From the NCBI GenBank assembly GCA_031409655.1, contig JANNXQ010000195.1, positions 1 to 64,000 on the forward strand: DNA of 64,000 nt, read 5' to 3'. This DNA is from Chthoniobacteraceae bacterium (GTDB taxonomy: Bacteria > Verrucomicrobiota > Verrucomicrobiia > Chthoniobacterales > Chthoniobacteraceae). Below the pieces are notes generated by a model. The model had not been told where the DNA came from, did not search any database, and saw only the letters and a list, made by a program, of their open reading frames with translations. A program made the translations under genes and the position numbers. This document shows, piece by piece, positions 30,856 to 40,243 of the stretch. Position 1 is the first letter of the stretch. Every line of letters starts with the position of its first letter.

Positions 30856-32501
30856 CGACTCCACGCTGGCAGCCCGTCGCGCTCTTCGCCTTTGCCTGCG
30901 CCGCGTTGCTCCTCTTTCTCGGGAGTCGCGGCCTGAATGAACCGGACGAAGGCCGCTACGCCGAGATCGGCCGCGAGATGGCGGCCTCGCGCAACTGGCT
31001 CGTGCCCCACCTGAACGGCATCCCGCATTTTCAAAAACCTCCGCTCCTCTACTGGGCGACGGCCGCGTCCATCCGCGGTTTCGGAGTGAACGAATGGGCC
31101 GCGCGCCTGCCGTCGGCACTCGCGGCGCTCGGGGTGGTCGCCTGCACCTATTTCATTGGCACGTTGCTCTTTGGCAAAAGGACCGGCATCGCCGCTGCGC
31201 TGATCTTGCTTTCGATGCTCGGCTTCTTCGTCACGGCGCGGCTGCTCACGCCGGACATGCTGATGACTTTCTGGATCACCGCCGCGATCGCCTGCCTCGT
31301 GAAAGCGGAGCGCACCGGAAGTCGCAGTTGGGGCTGGTTGTTTTTTGTCGCGATGGGTCTCGGCTTTCTCACCAAGGGACCGATGGCCTTCGTCGTGCCG
31401 ATCTCCGCCGCGCTCGCTTGGCGCTACAGCTTTCGGAAAAGCGAAAAGCCGCTGCGCCTGCCGTGGCTCGGTGGCGTGGGGCTGATGCTGGCCATCGGCC
31501 TCTCGTGGTTCATCGTCCTCAGCCTGCAAGACCGCGACCTTTTCGCCTACTTCGCCGGGGAAGAACTGGTGAAGCGTTTCGCGTCAAAAGGCCACGGGCG
31601 CAGCAAGCCTTTCTGGTTCTTCTTCTGGGTGCTGCCGGCGGCGATTTTTCCGTGGACCTTTTTCCTCCTCATCATGCTCGCGGGAAAAGTGCGGCGCTGG
31701 CGTGAGAGCTGGCGGCTGCGGCCCGAGCAGGCGCTGCTCGCGGGCTGGGTGCTGATCCCGCTGCTCGTCCTCTCAGGCAGCGGATCAAAGCTGCCCACCT
31801 ACATCCTGCCGCTCCTGCCCGCGCTCGCTCTGGCCATCGGTCACTGGACGCGCACCCGCGAGAATCATCGCCTCTGGAATGCCGCCGTGGTGACGAGCAT
31901 CCTCAGCCTCGCCATCATCCCCGTGGGCATCGAGGCCTTCGAGCACCGCGCCCAAACGGATCTGCCGGATTCCTACATGATCCTCCCGGGCCTCGTCGCC
32001 TGTCTGGTGATGCTGCGCTCCCACCCGATCACGGCGCGGCTGATCGCCGCCATGAGCACCGTCGTCGTCTGGCTGGCCTGCATGGAGAATCTCGACAAGC
32101 TCAGCGACCACCTCGAACAGCAGGCCTCGGTGAAGCCCATCGCCGAGCATCTGCGCACGGCGTCGGACTTTGATCGCGCGACCATCTTCGCCTGCGAAGT
32201 CCGCGCCCACGGCTGGGAATTTTACCTCCAGCGGCTCACGTTCATGACCCGCGTCGATGCCGATGTGGTGCTGCCGCTCACGGACGAACAGCGCGGACGG
32301 ATGATCGCCAAACCATCCCAATGCTCGGAGGAAATGCTCAAGCGCGCGCCCGCCTACGGCCTGGTGCGGGTCGAGCGCTTCCGGCGCAGCTTTCCAAAGG
32401 AGCAGTGGACCGTGCTCGAAAACGCCGGCGACTTTCTGCTCATCGGCTCGAACGACACCGCGCTCGCGGTGGCGGCGACCGCTAAAACTGGAAGTAGATA
32501 A
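30852..32501 (+). CDS. ArnT/PMT-family (GT39/83) membrane glycosyltransferase
   Basis: DEGRYAEIGREM, KPPLLYW, ARLPSA, LTKGP, SKLPTYILP. Confidence 0.92.
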   Translation: MTTPRWQPVALFAFACAALLLFLGSRGLNEPDEGRYAEIGREMAASRNWLVPHLNGIPHFQKPPLLYWATAASIRGFGVNEWAARLPSALAALGVVACTYFIGTLLFGKRTGIAAALILLSMLGFFVTARLLTPDMLMTFWITAAIACLVKAERTGSRSWGWLFFVAMGLGFLTKGPMAFVVPISAALAWRYSFRKSEKPLRLPWLGGVGLMLAIGLSWFIVLSLQDRDLFAYFAGEELVKRFASKGHGRSKPFWFFFWVLPAAIFPWTFFLLIMLAGKVRRWRESWRLRPEQALLAGWVLIPLLVLSGSGSKLPTYILPLLPALALAIGHWTRTRENHRLWNAAVVTSILSLAIIPVGIEAFEHRAQTDLPDSYMILPGLVACLVMLRSHPITARLIAAMSTVVVWLACMENLDKLSDHLEQQASVKPIAEHLRTASDFDRATIFACEVRAHGWEFYLQRLTFMTRVDADVVLPLTDEQRGRMIAKPSQCSEEMLKRAPAYGLVRVERFRRSFPKEQWTVLENAGDFLLIGSNDTALAVAATAKTGSR

Positions 32502-33990
32502 ACGCCTTGTACTTCGCCGGGACGAAGAAGAGGGCGACGGCAGTGCCCGCGCCGAGCAAGGCGGCAAAGGCCCAACTCGGAATCCGCCGCCACCAAGTCG
32601 CCAGCAGCCCGCGCGAATTCATCCAATGGACCGCCGCGAGCGCGACGAAGACCCACAGACTTTCGACGGCAAAAGCGCGCTTGCCGTGGCTGTCAAAGAG
32701 GACAAAGGAATCGAGGATCGTGCTCGCGGTTTTGAAGCCGGTGCGGGTGACGTGGCCATCGGCGTCCTTGATGTCCTGAGAGCGGAAAAAGATCCAGGTG
32801 ATGCAGACCCAGTAAAAAGTGAGCGGCACCGCGATCCAGCGCATCACCGTCTGGAAAGCCCTCCCCGCATATTCGATCCGCTGCCACTCGCGATGCACGA
32901 TGAGCGCCAGTCCGTGCAGCCCACCCCAGATGACGAAGGTCCACGAGGCCCCGTGCCAGAGCCCGCCGAGGAGCATCGTGAGCATGAGGTTGCGATAGGT
33001 GAAGAGCTTCGTACCGCGATTTCCGCCGAGCGGAATGTAGAGGTAATCGCGCAGCCAGGTGCTCAGCGAAATGTGCCAGCGCCGCCAGAATTCCGTGATG
33101 TGCTGGGCGAAGTACGGGAAGGAAAAATTAACCGTGAGCTCGTAGCCGAGCAGCCGCGCCGTCGCGAGGGCCATGTCCGTGTAGCCGGAGAAGTCGCAGT
33201 AGATCTGGACCGCGTAGAAGAGCACCCCGATCCAAGTGCTGAAGAGATTGTACTTCTGCGGATCGGCGAAGAGCGCGTCCACGACGGGCGCCACATTTTC
33301 CGAGATGCAGGCCTTCTTCACAAAGCCGAGGAAGAAGAGCGCGAGACACGCGCGGACATCCACCTTCGCCCAGACCCGCTTCTCATAGACCTGCGGCAGG
33401 AAGGTCATCGCGCGGACGATCGGGCCGGCGACGAGTTGCGGGAAAAAGGAGATGAAGAACGCCAGATCGAGGAAGCTGCGCACCGGTTCGAGCCGCCGCC
33501 GATACACGTCGATCGAATAACTCATCGACTGGAAGGTGTAGAAACTCACGCCATACGGCAGGATGATTTGCAGCGTCCAATCCGAAGCGGGCAGGCCAAA
33601 CCAAGCGAGGAAAGCAGACGCTGAGGTGAGGAAGAAATTGAAATACTTGAAGAAGCAGAGCACGCCGAGATTCGCGAGGATGCTCGCCAGCAGCCAGGCG
33701 CGGCGCCGGGCTTCCGTGGTCGAGTTCCCGAGCCCGAGCCCGACCGCGTAGTCCATGCAAGTCGAAGCCCAGAGCACTGCGGGAAACCACCAGCCCGCGG
33801 GCAACTTCTCCCAATGCCCGCCGGTGATGTTTTCCCAAAAAGTCAGCGGCTCACCGACGAAGAAGCAGGCGTAGAAAAAGTGATTCGCGACGAGCAGCCA
33901 GAGTTTGCGCGAAGTATTGCCACGCAGCGCCCAGTGGACCCCGAAGACGAGAAGGAAAAAGAAGAGGAAACGAAACTCGACGAAAAGCAC
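32482..33990 (-). CDS. MBOAT O-acyltransferase (AlgI/DltB-like)
   Basis: GVSFYTFQ, FFPQLVAGPI, YCDFSGY, FWRRWHISLSTWLRDY, GLWHGA. Confidence 0.95.
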   Translation of the reverse strand: MLFVEFRFLFFFLLVFGVHWALRGNTSRKLWLLVANHFFYACFFVGEPLTFWENITGGHWEKLPAGWWFPAVLWASTCMDYAVGLGLGNSTTEARRRAWLLASILANLGVLCFFKYFNFFLTSASAFLAWFGLPASDWTLQIILPYGVSFYTFQSMSYSIDVYRRRLEPVRSFLDLAFFISFFPQLVAGPIVRAMTFLPQVYEKRVWAKVDVRACLALFFLGFVKKACISENVAPVVDALFADPQKYNLFSTWIGVLFYAVQIYCDFSGYTDMALATARLLGYELTVNFSFPYFAQHITEFWRRWHISLSTWLRDYLYIPLGGNRGTKLFTYRNLMLTMLLGGLWHGASWTFVIWGGLHGLALIVHREWQRIEYAGRAFQTVMRWIAVPLTFYWVCITWIFFRSQDIKDADGHVTRTGFKTASTILDSFVLFDSHGKRAFAVESLWVFVALAAVHWMNSRGLLATWWRRIPSWAFAALLGAGTAVALFFVPAKYKAFIYFQF

Positions 33991-34099
33991 AGGTGGGGCA
34001 GGGGATCAGCGGCGGGCAGGGATGCGGGAGAGCCGCGGAGTTTCAGCGCGTCTGCGGCTGACTGGCGAGAAAACGTTCCGGGAACGAAGCCTCGGGGTG

Positions 34100-34492
34100 C
34101 TAAGCCGGACGGACGACTGGCACGCGATCATTTCCCAGTCGCGCGATTTGCTCCGCGGTCGCGGCCTGGGTCACCACTTTCAGCAGCCGGTAGTGTTTGC
34201 CCGGCGGCGTCGGGAGGAGCAGCCCCTCCAGCGCCGAACCCGCGGGCACGTCCTCCCAATGCTGCTCTCCCGTGGCCTGGTCTTTCTCTCCGAAGCGCTC
34301 GATGCCCGGCACGAGCACTGGCTCGGCGCCCTCGCGTTTGATCCAGTAGTTCCGGCTCTCCGCGCGCGCCGGCCCGCCAAAGACGGCCTCCGCAAACGGG
34401 AGTTCAAACTCGCCCGCCGGTCCGCGCAGGAGCACCGTGGCCTGCTGCCCGGGTTTCACCTCCTGGCCTTTTTGGATGAAGCGATTGCACAT
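34100..34492 (-). CDS. Minimal SRAP/HMCES(YedK)-like protein, 130 aa
   Basis: Starts MCNRF (cf. MCGRF); ARAES (cf. NARAET); VLVPGIERFGE (cf. LVPADGFYE); VVTQAA...NDRVPVV (cf. ILTT...HDRMPVI). Confidence 0.68.
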   Translation of the reverse strand: MCNRFIQKGQEVKPGQQATVLLRGPAGEFELPFAEAVFGGPARAESRNYWIKREGAEPVLVPGIERFGEKDQATGEQHWEDVPAGSALEGLLLPTPPGKHYRLLKVVTQAATAEQIARLGNDRVPVVRPA

Positions 34493-34505
34493 GGCGGAAA
34501 CGAAA

Positions 34506-35735
34506 CTAGACCTCGCAGGCGGCCTGGAAGGCGGGGAGGGCGTGGGTGAAGGTGGCTTCATCGCGGGCGTGGATGCGGAGGAAGGGGGCGCCTTTCTCGA
34601 TCGGCTCGCCGACTTTGCGGAGGTGGTCGCAGCCGACGGCGAAGTCGATGGAGTCGGTGGCGCGCGCCCGACCAGCGCCGAGGGTCACGCAGGCGCGGCC
34701 GATGTGGCCGGCGTCCATCTTTGAAATGATCCCGGAGCGCGGGGCGGGGAGGTCGCGGATGATGGGGGCGCGGTGGATCTCGAGGAGGCGCTCGAAGGCG
34801 CTGGCGTCGCCGCCCTGGGCTTCGACGAGGGCGATCCATTTGCGCCACGCGGTGCCGTCGGCGAGCCAGCCCGCGAGTTGGGCGCGCGGGGAGTGGGCGA
34901 CTTGCTCGCAGAGGTCGAGGGTGAGCGCGACGAGGTCGCGCGGGCCGCGGCCTTGCAGAGTGGCGACGGCTTCGGAGACTTCGAGGGCATTGCCGACGGT
35001 GGTGCCGAGGGGTTCATCCATGGGCGTGAGGAGCGGGGTGACTCGCACGCCCATCTCGCGGCCCACAGCGCAGAGACTCGCGGCGAGGGACTCGGCTTCG
35101 GTACGCGTTTTCATAAAGGCACCGCTGCCGAATTTCACGTCGAGGACGAGGCGGTCGAGGGATTCCGCGAGCTTCTTGCTCATGATGCTGGCGACGATGA
35201 GCGGCTGGGAGGGGACGGTGGCGGTGACGTCGCGCAGGGCGTAGAGCTTTTTGTCGGCTGGGCAGATGTCCGCGGTCTGGCCGATCATGGCGACACCGAG
35301 GCGGGCGAGCTGGGCCATGGTTTCCGCTTCGCTGAGGCCGACGCGGAAGCCGGGGATGCTTTCGAGTTTATCCAGGGTGCCGCCGGTGATGCCGAGGCCG
35401 CGGCCGGAGATCATGGGAACCCAGAGGCCGTCGCAGGCCAGGAGGGGAGCGAGGATGAGGGAGACTTTGTCGCCGATGCCGCCGGTGCTGTGTTTATCGA
35501 CCTTCGGCGGGGAGCCGGGGGGATGGGCGAGGCAGCGGCCACTGTGCATCATGGCCTGGGTGAGCGCGCCGGTCTCGGCAGCGGTCAGGCCTTGGAAATA
35601 GACGGCCATGGCCCAAGCGCTGACCTGGTAGTCGGGGATCTCGCCGCGGGTGTAGCCGCGGATAAAGTCCTGGATTTCGGAGGCGGTGAGTTCGCCGCCG
35701 TCGCGTTTTTTCTCGATGAAGGTGGGGACGTGCAT
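34506..35735 (-). CDS. deoA: Thymidine/pyrimidine-nucleoside phosphorylase
   Basis: IEKKRDG, DKHSTGGIGDK, SGRGLGITGGTLDKLES, LYALRDVT, SIMSKK. Confidence 0.93.
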   Translation of the reverse strand: MHVPTFIEKKRDGGELTASEIQDFIRGYTRGEIPDYQVSAWAMAVYFQGLTAAETGALTQAMMHSGRCLAHPPGSPPKVDKHSTGGIGDKVSLILAPLLACDGLWVPMISGRGLGITGGTLDKLESIPGFRVGLSEAETMAQLARLGVAMIGQTADICPADKKLYALRDVTATVPSQPLIVASIMSKKLAESLDRLVLDVKFGSGAFMKTRTEAESLAASLCAVGREMGVRVTPLLTPMDEPLGTTVGNALEVSEAVATLQGRGPRDLVALTLDLCEQVAHSPRAQLAGWLADGTAWRKWIALVEAQGGDASAFERLLEIHRAPIIRDLPAPRSGIISKMDAGHIGRACVTLGAGRARATDSIDFAVGCDHLRKVGEPIEKGAPFLRIHARDEATFTHALPAFQAACEV

Positions 35736-35737
35736 TG

Positions 35738-36601
35738 TCACACCCCCACCGGGTGCCAGGCGGTCTTCATCTCCACGGTGTCGAGGATCCAGTAGGGGTC
35801 TTCGGCTTTCGCGGTGGACCAGTCCTTTTCGGCAAGGGTGCGGGTGGCGATGCGCTTGAGATTGAGGGCGGTGCCGGCGCGCAGGGCGGTGGTGGTCCCG
35901 GGGTCGCCGCTGCCGTCGATGACGGCATTGATGTCCATGTGAGTGGCGAAGTGCGGGACGAGTTCGGCGCGGGTGCCGGTGAGGAGATTGATGACGCCGC
36001 CGGGGAGGTCACAGGTGGCGAGGACTTCGGCAAAGGCGAGGGCGGGCAGCGGGCTGGTCTCGCTGGCGAGGACGATGGCAGCATTGCCGCTCAAGATGGC
36101 GGGCGCGACGAGGGAGATGAGGCCGAGCAGGGCGGGGCGATCCGGGGCGACGACGACGACGATGCCGGTGGGTTCGGGGAAGGTGAAATTGAAGTGCGAA
36201 CTGGCGACTGGATTCACGGACGAGAAGAGCTGGGGAAACTTATCCGTCCAGCCGGCGTAGTGGACGAGGCGGTCGATGCTCTGCTCGACCTCCCGCTCCG
36301 CATTGCGGCCTCCGGCGTGGCGCAATTCTGCGACCAGTTCGCTGGCCCGATTTTCGAGCATCTCGGCGGCGCGGTAGAGGATCTGGCCGCGCAGATAAGC
36401 GGTGGCTTTCGCCCAGCCGGGTTGCGCTTTGCGGGCCGCCACGGCGGCGTCGCGGAAGTCCTTGCGCGAGGCCACGCAGTAGTTTGCGAGCAGGGTCTGG
36501 CCATCGGCGGCAAGGGCCGGGGCGACGCGACCACTTTCACCGCGCGGGAATTTTCCCCCGATGAAAAGTTTGCGGGTCTTGAGGACGGAGAGGCGGGGCA
36601 T
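35738..36601 (-). CDS. Short (about 287 aa) aldehyde dehydrogenase-family protein
   Basis: KLFIGGKFPRGESGR, LRGQILYR, YAGWTDK, EPTG, KTAWHPVG; catalytic Cys domain not seen. Confidence 0.85.
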   Translation of the reverse strand: MPRLSVLKTRKLFIGGKFPRGESGRVAPALAADGQTLLANYCVASRKDFRDAAVAARKAQPGWAKATAYLRGQILYRAAEMLENRASELVAELRHAGGRNAEREVEQSIDRLVHYAGWTDKFPQLFSSVNPVASSHFNFTFPEPTGIVVVVAPDRPALLGLISLVAPAILSGNAAIVLASETSPLPALAFAEVLATCDLPGGVINLLTGTRAELVPHFATHMDINAVIDGSGDPGTTTALRAGTALNLKRIATRTLAEKDWSTAKAEDPYWILDTVEMKTAWHPVGV

Positions 36602-36724
36602 AAGTGGGGGGAACTTGGGAGTTGAGTGCGGGTGGCCAGTCTTGGCAAAGTGCGGTTGAGCGCGACGGGCGAGCATTCCCTACGCAGCCCTGCCGGTTCA
36701 ATCCTCAACTCTTCCCAAACCCCC

Positions 36725-37660
36725 GTGACGAAATCGGAGACCACATTCATCGCCGGCCATCGAGGTCTGGCCGGCGGGGCGATCACGCGCGAGCTGCAGG
36801 CTCAGGGCTACAGCCGTCTGGTCACGCGCACCCGCTCCGAGCTGGACCTGCTGGACCGCGAGGCGGTGCGGCGTTTTTTCGAGGAGACGCGGCCGGTCAT
36901 CGTGGTCGTCGCGGCGGCGAGGGTGGGTGGCATCAAGGCGAATAACGACTACCCCGTGGAGTTCCTGCTCGAGAATCTGCGGGTGCAAAACAACGTCATC
37001 GAAGCGGCGCACGACTTTGCTGTGCGCAAGCTGCTCTTCCTCGGGAGCTCGTGCATTTATCCAAAGTTCGCACCGCAGCCGATCCCCGAGTCGTCGCTGC
37101 TGACGGGTCCGCTGGAGCCGACAAATGAACCCTACGCGCTGGCGAAGATCGCGGGCATCCGGCTCTGCCAAAGTTACGCGCGTGAGTATGGCCGGAATTT
37201 CATCAGCGCGATGCCAACGAATCTTTACGGCCCGGGGGATAACTTCGATCTCGCGAAATCGCATGTGCTCCCGGCGCTGCTGCGGAAGGTGCATGAGGCG
37301 AAAGTGGCGGGTGCGACGGAGGTGCTGGTCTGGGGCACGGGTGCGCCGCGGCGCGAATTTCTCCACGTGGAGGATCTGGCGTCGGCCTGCCGATTCCTGA
37401 TCGAGCACTACGACTCGCCGGAGATCATCAATGTCGGCTTTGGCGATGACGTGACGATCCGCGAACTGGCGGAAACGATCTGTGAGGTGGTGGGCTTCAA
37501 AGGAGCCCTGGTCTTCGATGCCACCAAGCCGGATGGGACGCCGCGCAAGCTGCTGGATACTTCGCGGCTGCGGGCGCTGGGCTGGAGCCCGCAGATTTCG
37601 CTGCGCACTGGCATTCAGCGGACCTACGAGTGGTTCGTCCGTGAGGTGGCAACCACTTAA
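36725..37660 (+). CDS. fcl: GDP-L-fucose synthase
   Basis: AGHRGLAG, AARVGGIKAN, LGSSCIYP, YALAK, PTNLYG, REFLHV, KPDGTPRK. Confidence 0.96.
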   Translation: MTKSETTFIAGHRGLAGGAITRELQAQGYSRLVTRTRSELDLLDREAVRRFFEETRPVIVVVAAARVGGIKANNDYPVEFLLENLRVQNNVIEAAHDFAVRKLLFLGSSCIYPKFAPQPIPESSLLTGPLEPTNEPYALAKIAGIRLCQSYAREYGRNFISAMPTNLYGPGDNFDLAKSHVLPALLRKVHEAKVAGATEVLVWGTGAPRREFLHVEDLASACRFLIEHYDSPEIINVGFGDDVTIRELAETICEVVGFKGALVFDATKPDGTPRKLLDTSRLRALGWSPQISLRTGIQRTYEWFVREVATT

Positions 37661-37666
37661 ACGAAG

Positions 37667-39169
37667 ATGCCGACCGGGGCTGAGGATCGTGCGCGCGAAG
37701 TCGAAGGGCTGGCTGGGGAGCAGGCTGGTGGGGTGGATGATCTGGATGCGTTGCGGGTCTTGCGGGACATTTCTCCCGTGGGGATCTACCGGACGGATCA
37801 CGACGCGCGCTGCATTTTCGTGAATGCGCGCTGGTGCGAACTGACGGGCCTGACGTCCGAGGAAGCGATGGGCAACGGGTGGCTCCGGGCGATCCATCCT
37901 GCGGATCGCGAGCGGGTGGGTCGGGAGTGGGAGAAGGGGCACAAAGTCAGCCAGGTCTTCAAGTCGGAGTATCGCTATCTGCGGCCGGATTTGACGGTCG
38001 TCTGGATCTTTGGCCAGACGGCGGCGCTGCGCAGTGCGGAGGGCGCGCTGCTTGGGTACGTCGGGTCCGCCACGGATGTCACGGAGCTGCATCTGATGCG
38101 GGAAAAACTGCAACGCTCGGCCGAGCAGCTCGAGGTGACGGTGGGTGAGCGGACGCAGAAACTCTTTCACATAGCGCTGGCCGTGGAATCGATCGGCGAC
38201 GCGGTGATCACGATCGATTCCGACCGGAAGATTGTCTCCTGGAATAAAGCGGCCGAGGTGATGTTCGGATGGACAGCCGCAGAGATGATCGGGGGCTCCA
38301 CGGAGAGGCTCACGCCACCGGAGTTGCTCGCGGAGGCTGCGAAGATCAAGGATCGCGTGTGCCGGGGTGAGCGGGTGGATGGCTTTGAAACGATGCGGAA
38401 GACGAAGAGTGGCGCCATCGTCGAAGTCTCGCTAAGCGCCTTTCCCCTCCGCGATGCGCGGAGCAAAATCATCGGCACGTGCGCAGTGATCCGCGATCAA
38501 ACGCAGATGCGGGTCGCGGAGCGGCGTCTGCGGAAACTTGCCTGGCGCCTGCTGCAGGTGCAGGACGAAGAGCGGCGGCGGCTCGCGCGGGAATTGCACG
38601 ACTCCACGGCCCAGACGGTGGTCGCTGTGTCGCTCAATCTCGCGCAGCTCATCCAGGCGGGACCGCTCATGACCGATGCCCGGCGGAGCGAACTGCTCAT
38701 GGACAGCATGGACCTTGCGGAAAGCGCGATGCGGGATCTTCGCACCACGTCCTATCTCCTGCATCCGCCGCTGCTCGACGAGCGCGGTTTGCGCTCGGCG
38801 CTCGAATGGTTTGTCGAAGGGTTTCGGATCCGGAGTTTGATCGAGGTTTCCACCAATATCGATCCAAGTGTGGAGAGCATGCCCGAGGCACTGAAGCTCG
38901 CGATCTTCCGCATCGTGCAGGAGTGCCTCTCAAATGTGCATCGGCATGCCCGGACCAAGACCGCTGCCCTGAGTCTGCTCACGGACGGCGAAGCCTGGGT
39001 GCTGACGATTCGTGATGGTGGCAGCGGGCTCGCGGTGCCCGTGGAGATCGAGGAAGGCACGGGCATCTCTGGGATGAGAGAGCGTCTTGCGCAGTTCGGA
39101 GGAACGCTCGAAGTTATCCCCAGCCAAAACGGCACCACGGTGGTGGCCCGCATCCCTCTCGAACCATGA
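37667..39169 (+). CDS. Cytoplasmic PAS-PAS HisKA_3 sensor histidine kinase
   Basis: Two PAS domains, ERRRLARELHD, QECLSNVHRHA, IRDGGSG, GISGMRER. Confidence 0.93.
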   Translation: MPTGAEDRAREVEGLAGEQAGGVDDLDALRVLRDISPVGIYRTDHDARCIFVNARWCELTGLTSEEAMGNGWLRAIHPADRERVGREWEKGHKVSQVFKSEYRYLRPDLTVVWIFGQTAALRSAEGALLGYVGSATDVTELHLMREKLQRSAEQLEVTVGERTQKLFHIALAVESIGDAVITIDSDRKIVSWNKAAEVMFGWTAAEMIGGSTERLTPPELLAEAAKIKDRVCRGERVDGFETMRKTKSGAIVEVSLSAFPLRDARSKIIGTCAVIRDQTQMRVAERRLRKLAWRLLQVQDEERRRLARELHDSTAQTVVAVSLNLAQLIQAGPLMTDARRSELLMDSMDLAESAMRDLRTTSYLLHPPLLDERGLRSALEWFVEGFRIRSLIEVSTNIDPSVESMPEALKLAIFRIVQECLSNVHRHARTKTAALSLLTDGEAWVLTIRDGGSGLAVPVEIEEGTGISGMRERLAQFGGTLEVIPSQNGTTVVARIPLEP

Positions 39170-39819
39170 GCACTGAGACCCGTATCCTCCTCGCCGATGA
39201 TCATCCAATCGTGCGCCGTGGTCTGCGCAGCCTGCTCGAACAGGCGGGCTGGACGGTCTGCGCTGAGGCGGACGACGGACGCAGCGCCGCGAAGCTGGCG
39301 CGCGAACATCTGCCGGACATCGTCGTCATGGACATCAGCATGCCCGGCATGAACGGGCTCGATGGAACGACGGCGGTGCGCAAGGCCTGCCCGACCGCGC
39401 AGGTGCTCATCCTTTCGATGTATGAGAGTGAGCAGTTTGTGCGGGAAGTCCTGGCGGCGGGAGCCCGGGGCTATGTGATGAAATCCGACGCGCCCCTGGA
39501 ACTCGTCGCCGCGGTCAACGCGCTGCGGGCGGGGAAGACTTTTTTCAGCAGCAGCGTCGCCAAGACCGTGGCGCGGAGTGGGTGGGAGCCGCAGACACCG
39601 CTGACGCAAAAGCGTCCGCCGGGCGGGCTCACGCATCGCGAGCGCGAAGTCGTCCAACTGCTGGCCGAAGGCGAGACGAATAAAGGCGTGGCGGACAAGC
39701 TGCAGATCAGCGTGAAGACGGTGGAGACCCACCGCGCGCGCATCATGAGTAAACTGAGTCTGAAGACGGTGGCCGATCTCGTGCGCTACGCGATCCGCAA
39801 TCTGATGGTGGAGCCGTGA
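39166..39819 (+). CDS. NarL/LuxR-family response regulator
   Basis: LADDH, VMDISMP, GYVMK, LTHREREV, TVETHR. Confidence 0.95.
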   Translation: MSTETRILLADDHPIVRRGLRSLLEQAGWTVCAEADDGRSAAKLAREHLPDIVVMDISMPGMNGLDGTTAVRKACPTAQVLILSMYESEQFVREVLAAGARGYVMKSDAPLELVAAVNALRAGKTFFSSSVAKTVARSGWEPQTPLTQKRPPGGLTHREREVVQLLAEGETNKGVADKLQISVKTVETHRARIMSKLSLKTVADLVRYAIRNLMVEP

Positions 39820-39841
39820 GGTCTTTCGAGGGCCGGCGCAC

Positions 39842-40243
39842 TCACGCCCCGTAGTCCTTCGCCAGGCGCAGTTCCGTGCCTTCTTTCATGAGGCGATAGT
39901 CGATCTCGGTGAAAGCGCGCCGGATCAGATGAATCCCGAGACCACCGGGCTGCACGAGATCGAGCGGGCGGCCTCGCAGACACGAGGGATCACACTGCCG
40001 GCCGAAATCGCGGAGCACAAAGGCGATCCCGTCGGCGCGGCGTTCGCAGAGCAGGCAGATCGGCTGATCGGGCGCGTGCTGATAGGCGTAGCGGATGATG
40101 TTCGTGCAGGCTTCATCGAGGCCGAGGATCATCAGATCTTTTTCCGCCGTGCTGAAATCGGTGGTGGCGAGAAATTCGCGGGCGAAGTCGCGCACCAGGG
40201 AAAGATTCGCGGGATGGCTCGCGAACTCGATTTCGCGCTTCAT
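39842..40243 (-). CDS. RsbW-like anti-sigma factor / serine kinase
   Basis: DEACTNIIRYAY, LRDFG, GGLGIHLI. Confidence 0.9.
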   Translation of the reverse strand: MKREIEFASHPANLSLVRDFAREFLATTDFSTAEKDLMILGLDEACTNIIRYAYQHAPDQPICLLCERRADGIAFVLRDFGRQCDPSCLRGRPLDLVQPGGLGIHLIRRAFTEIDYRLMKEGTELRLAKDYGA

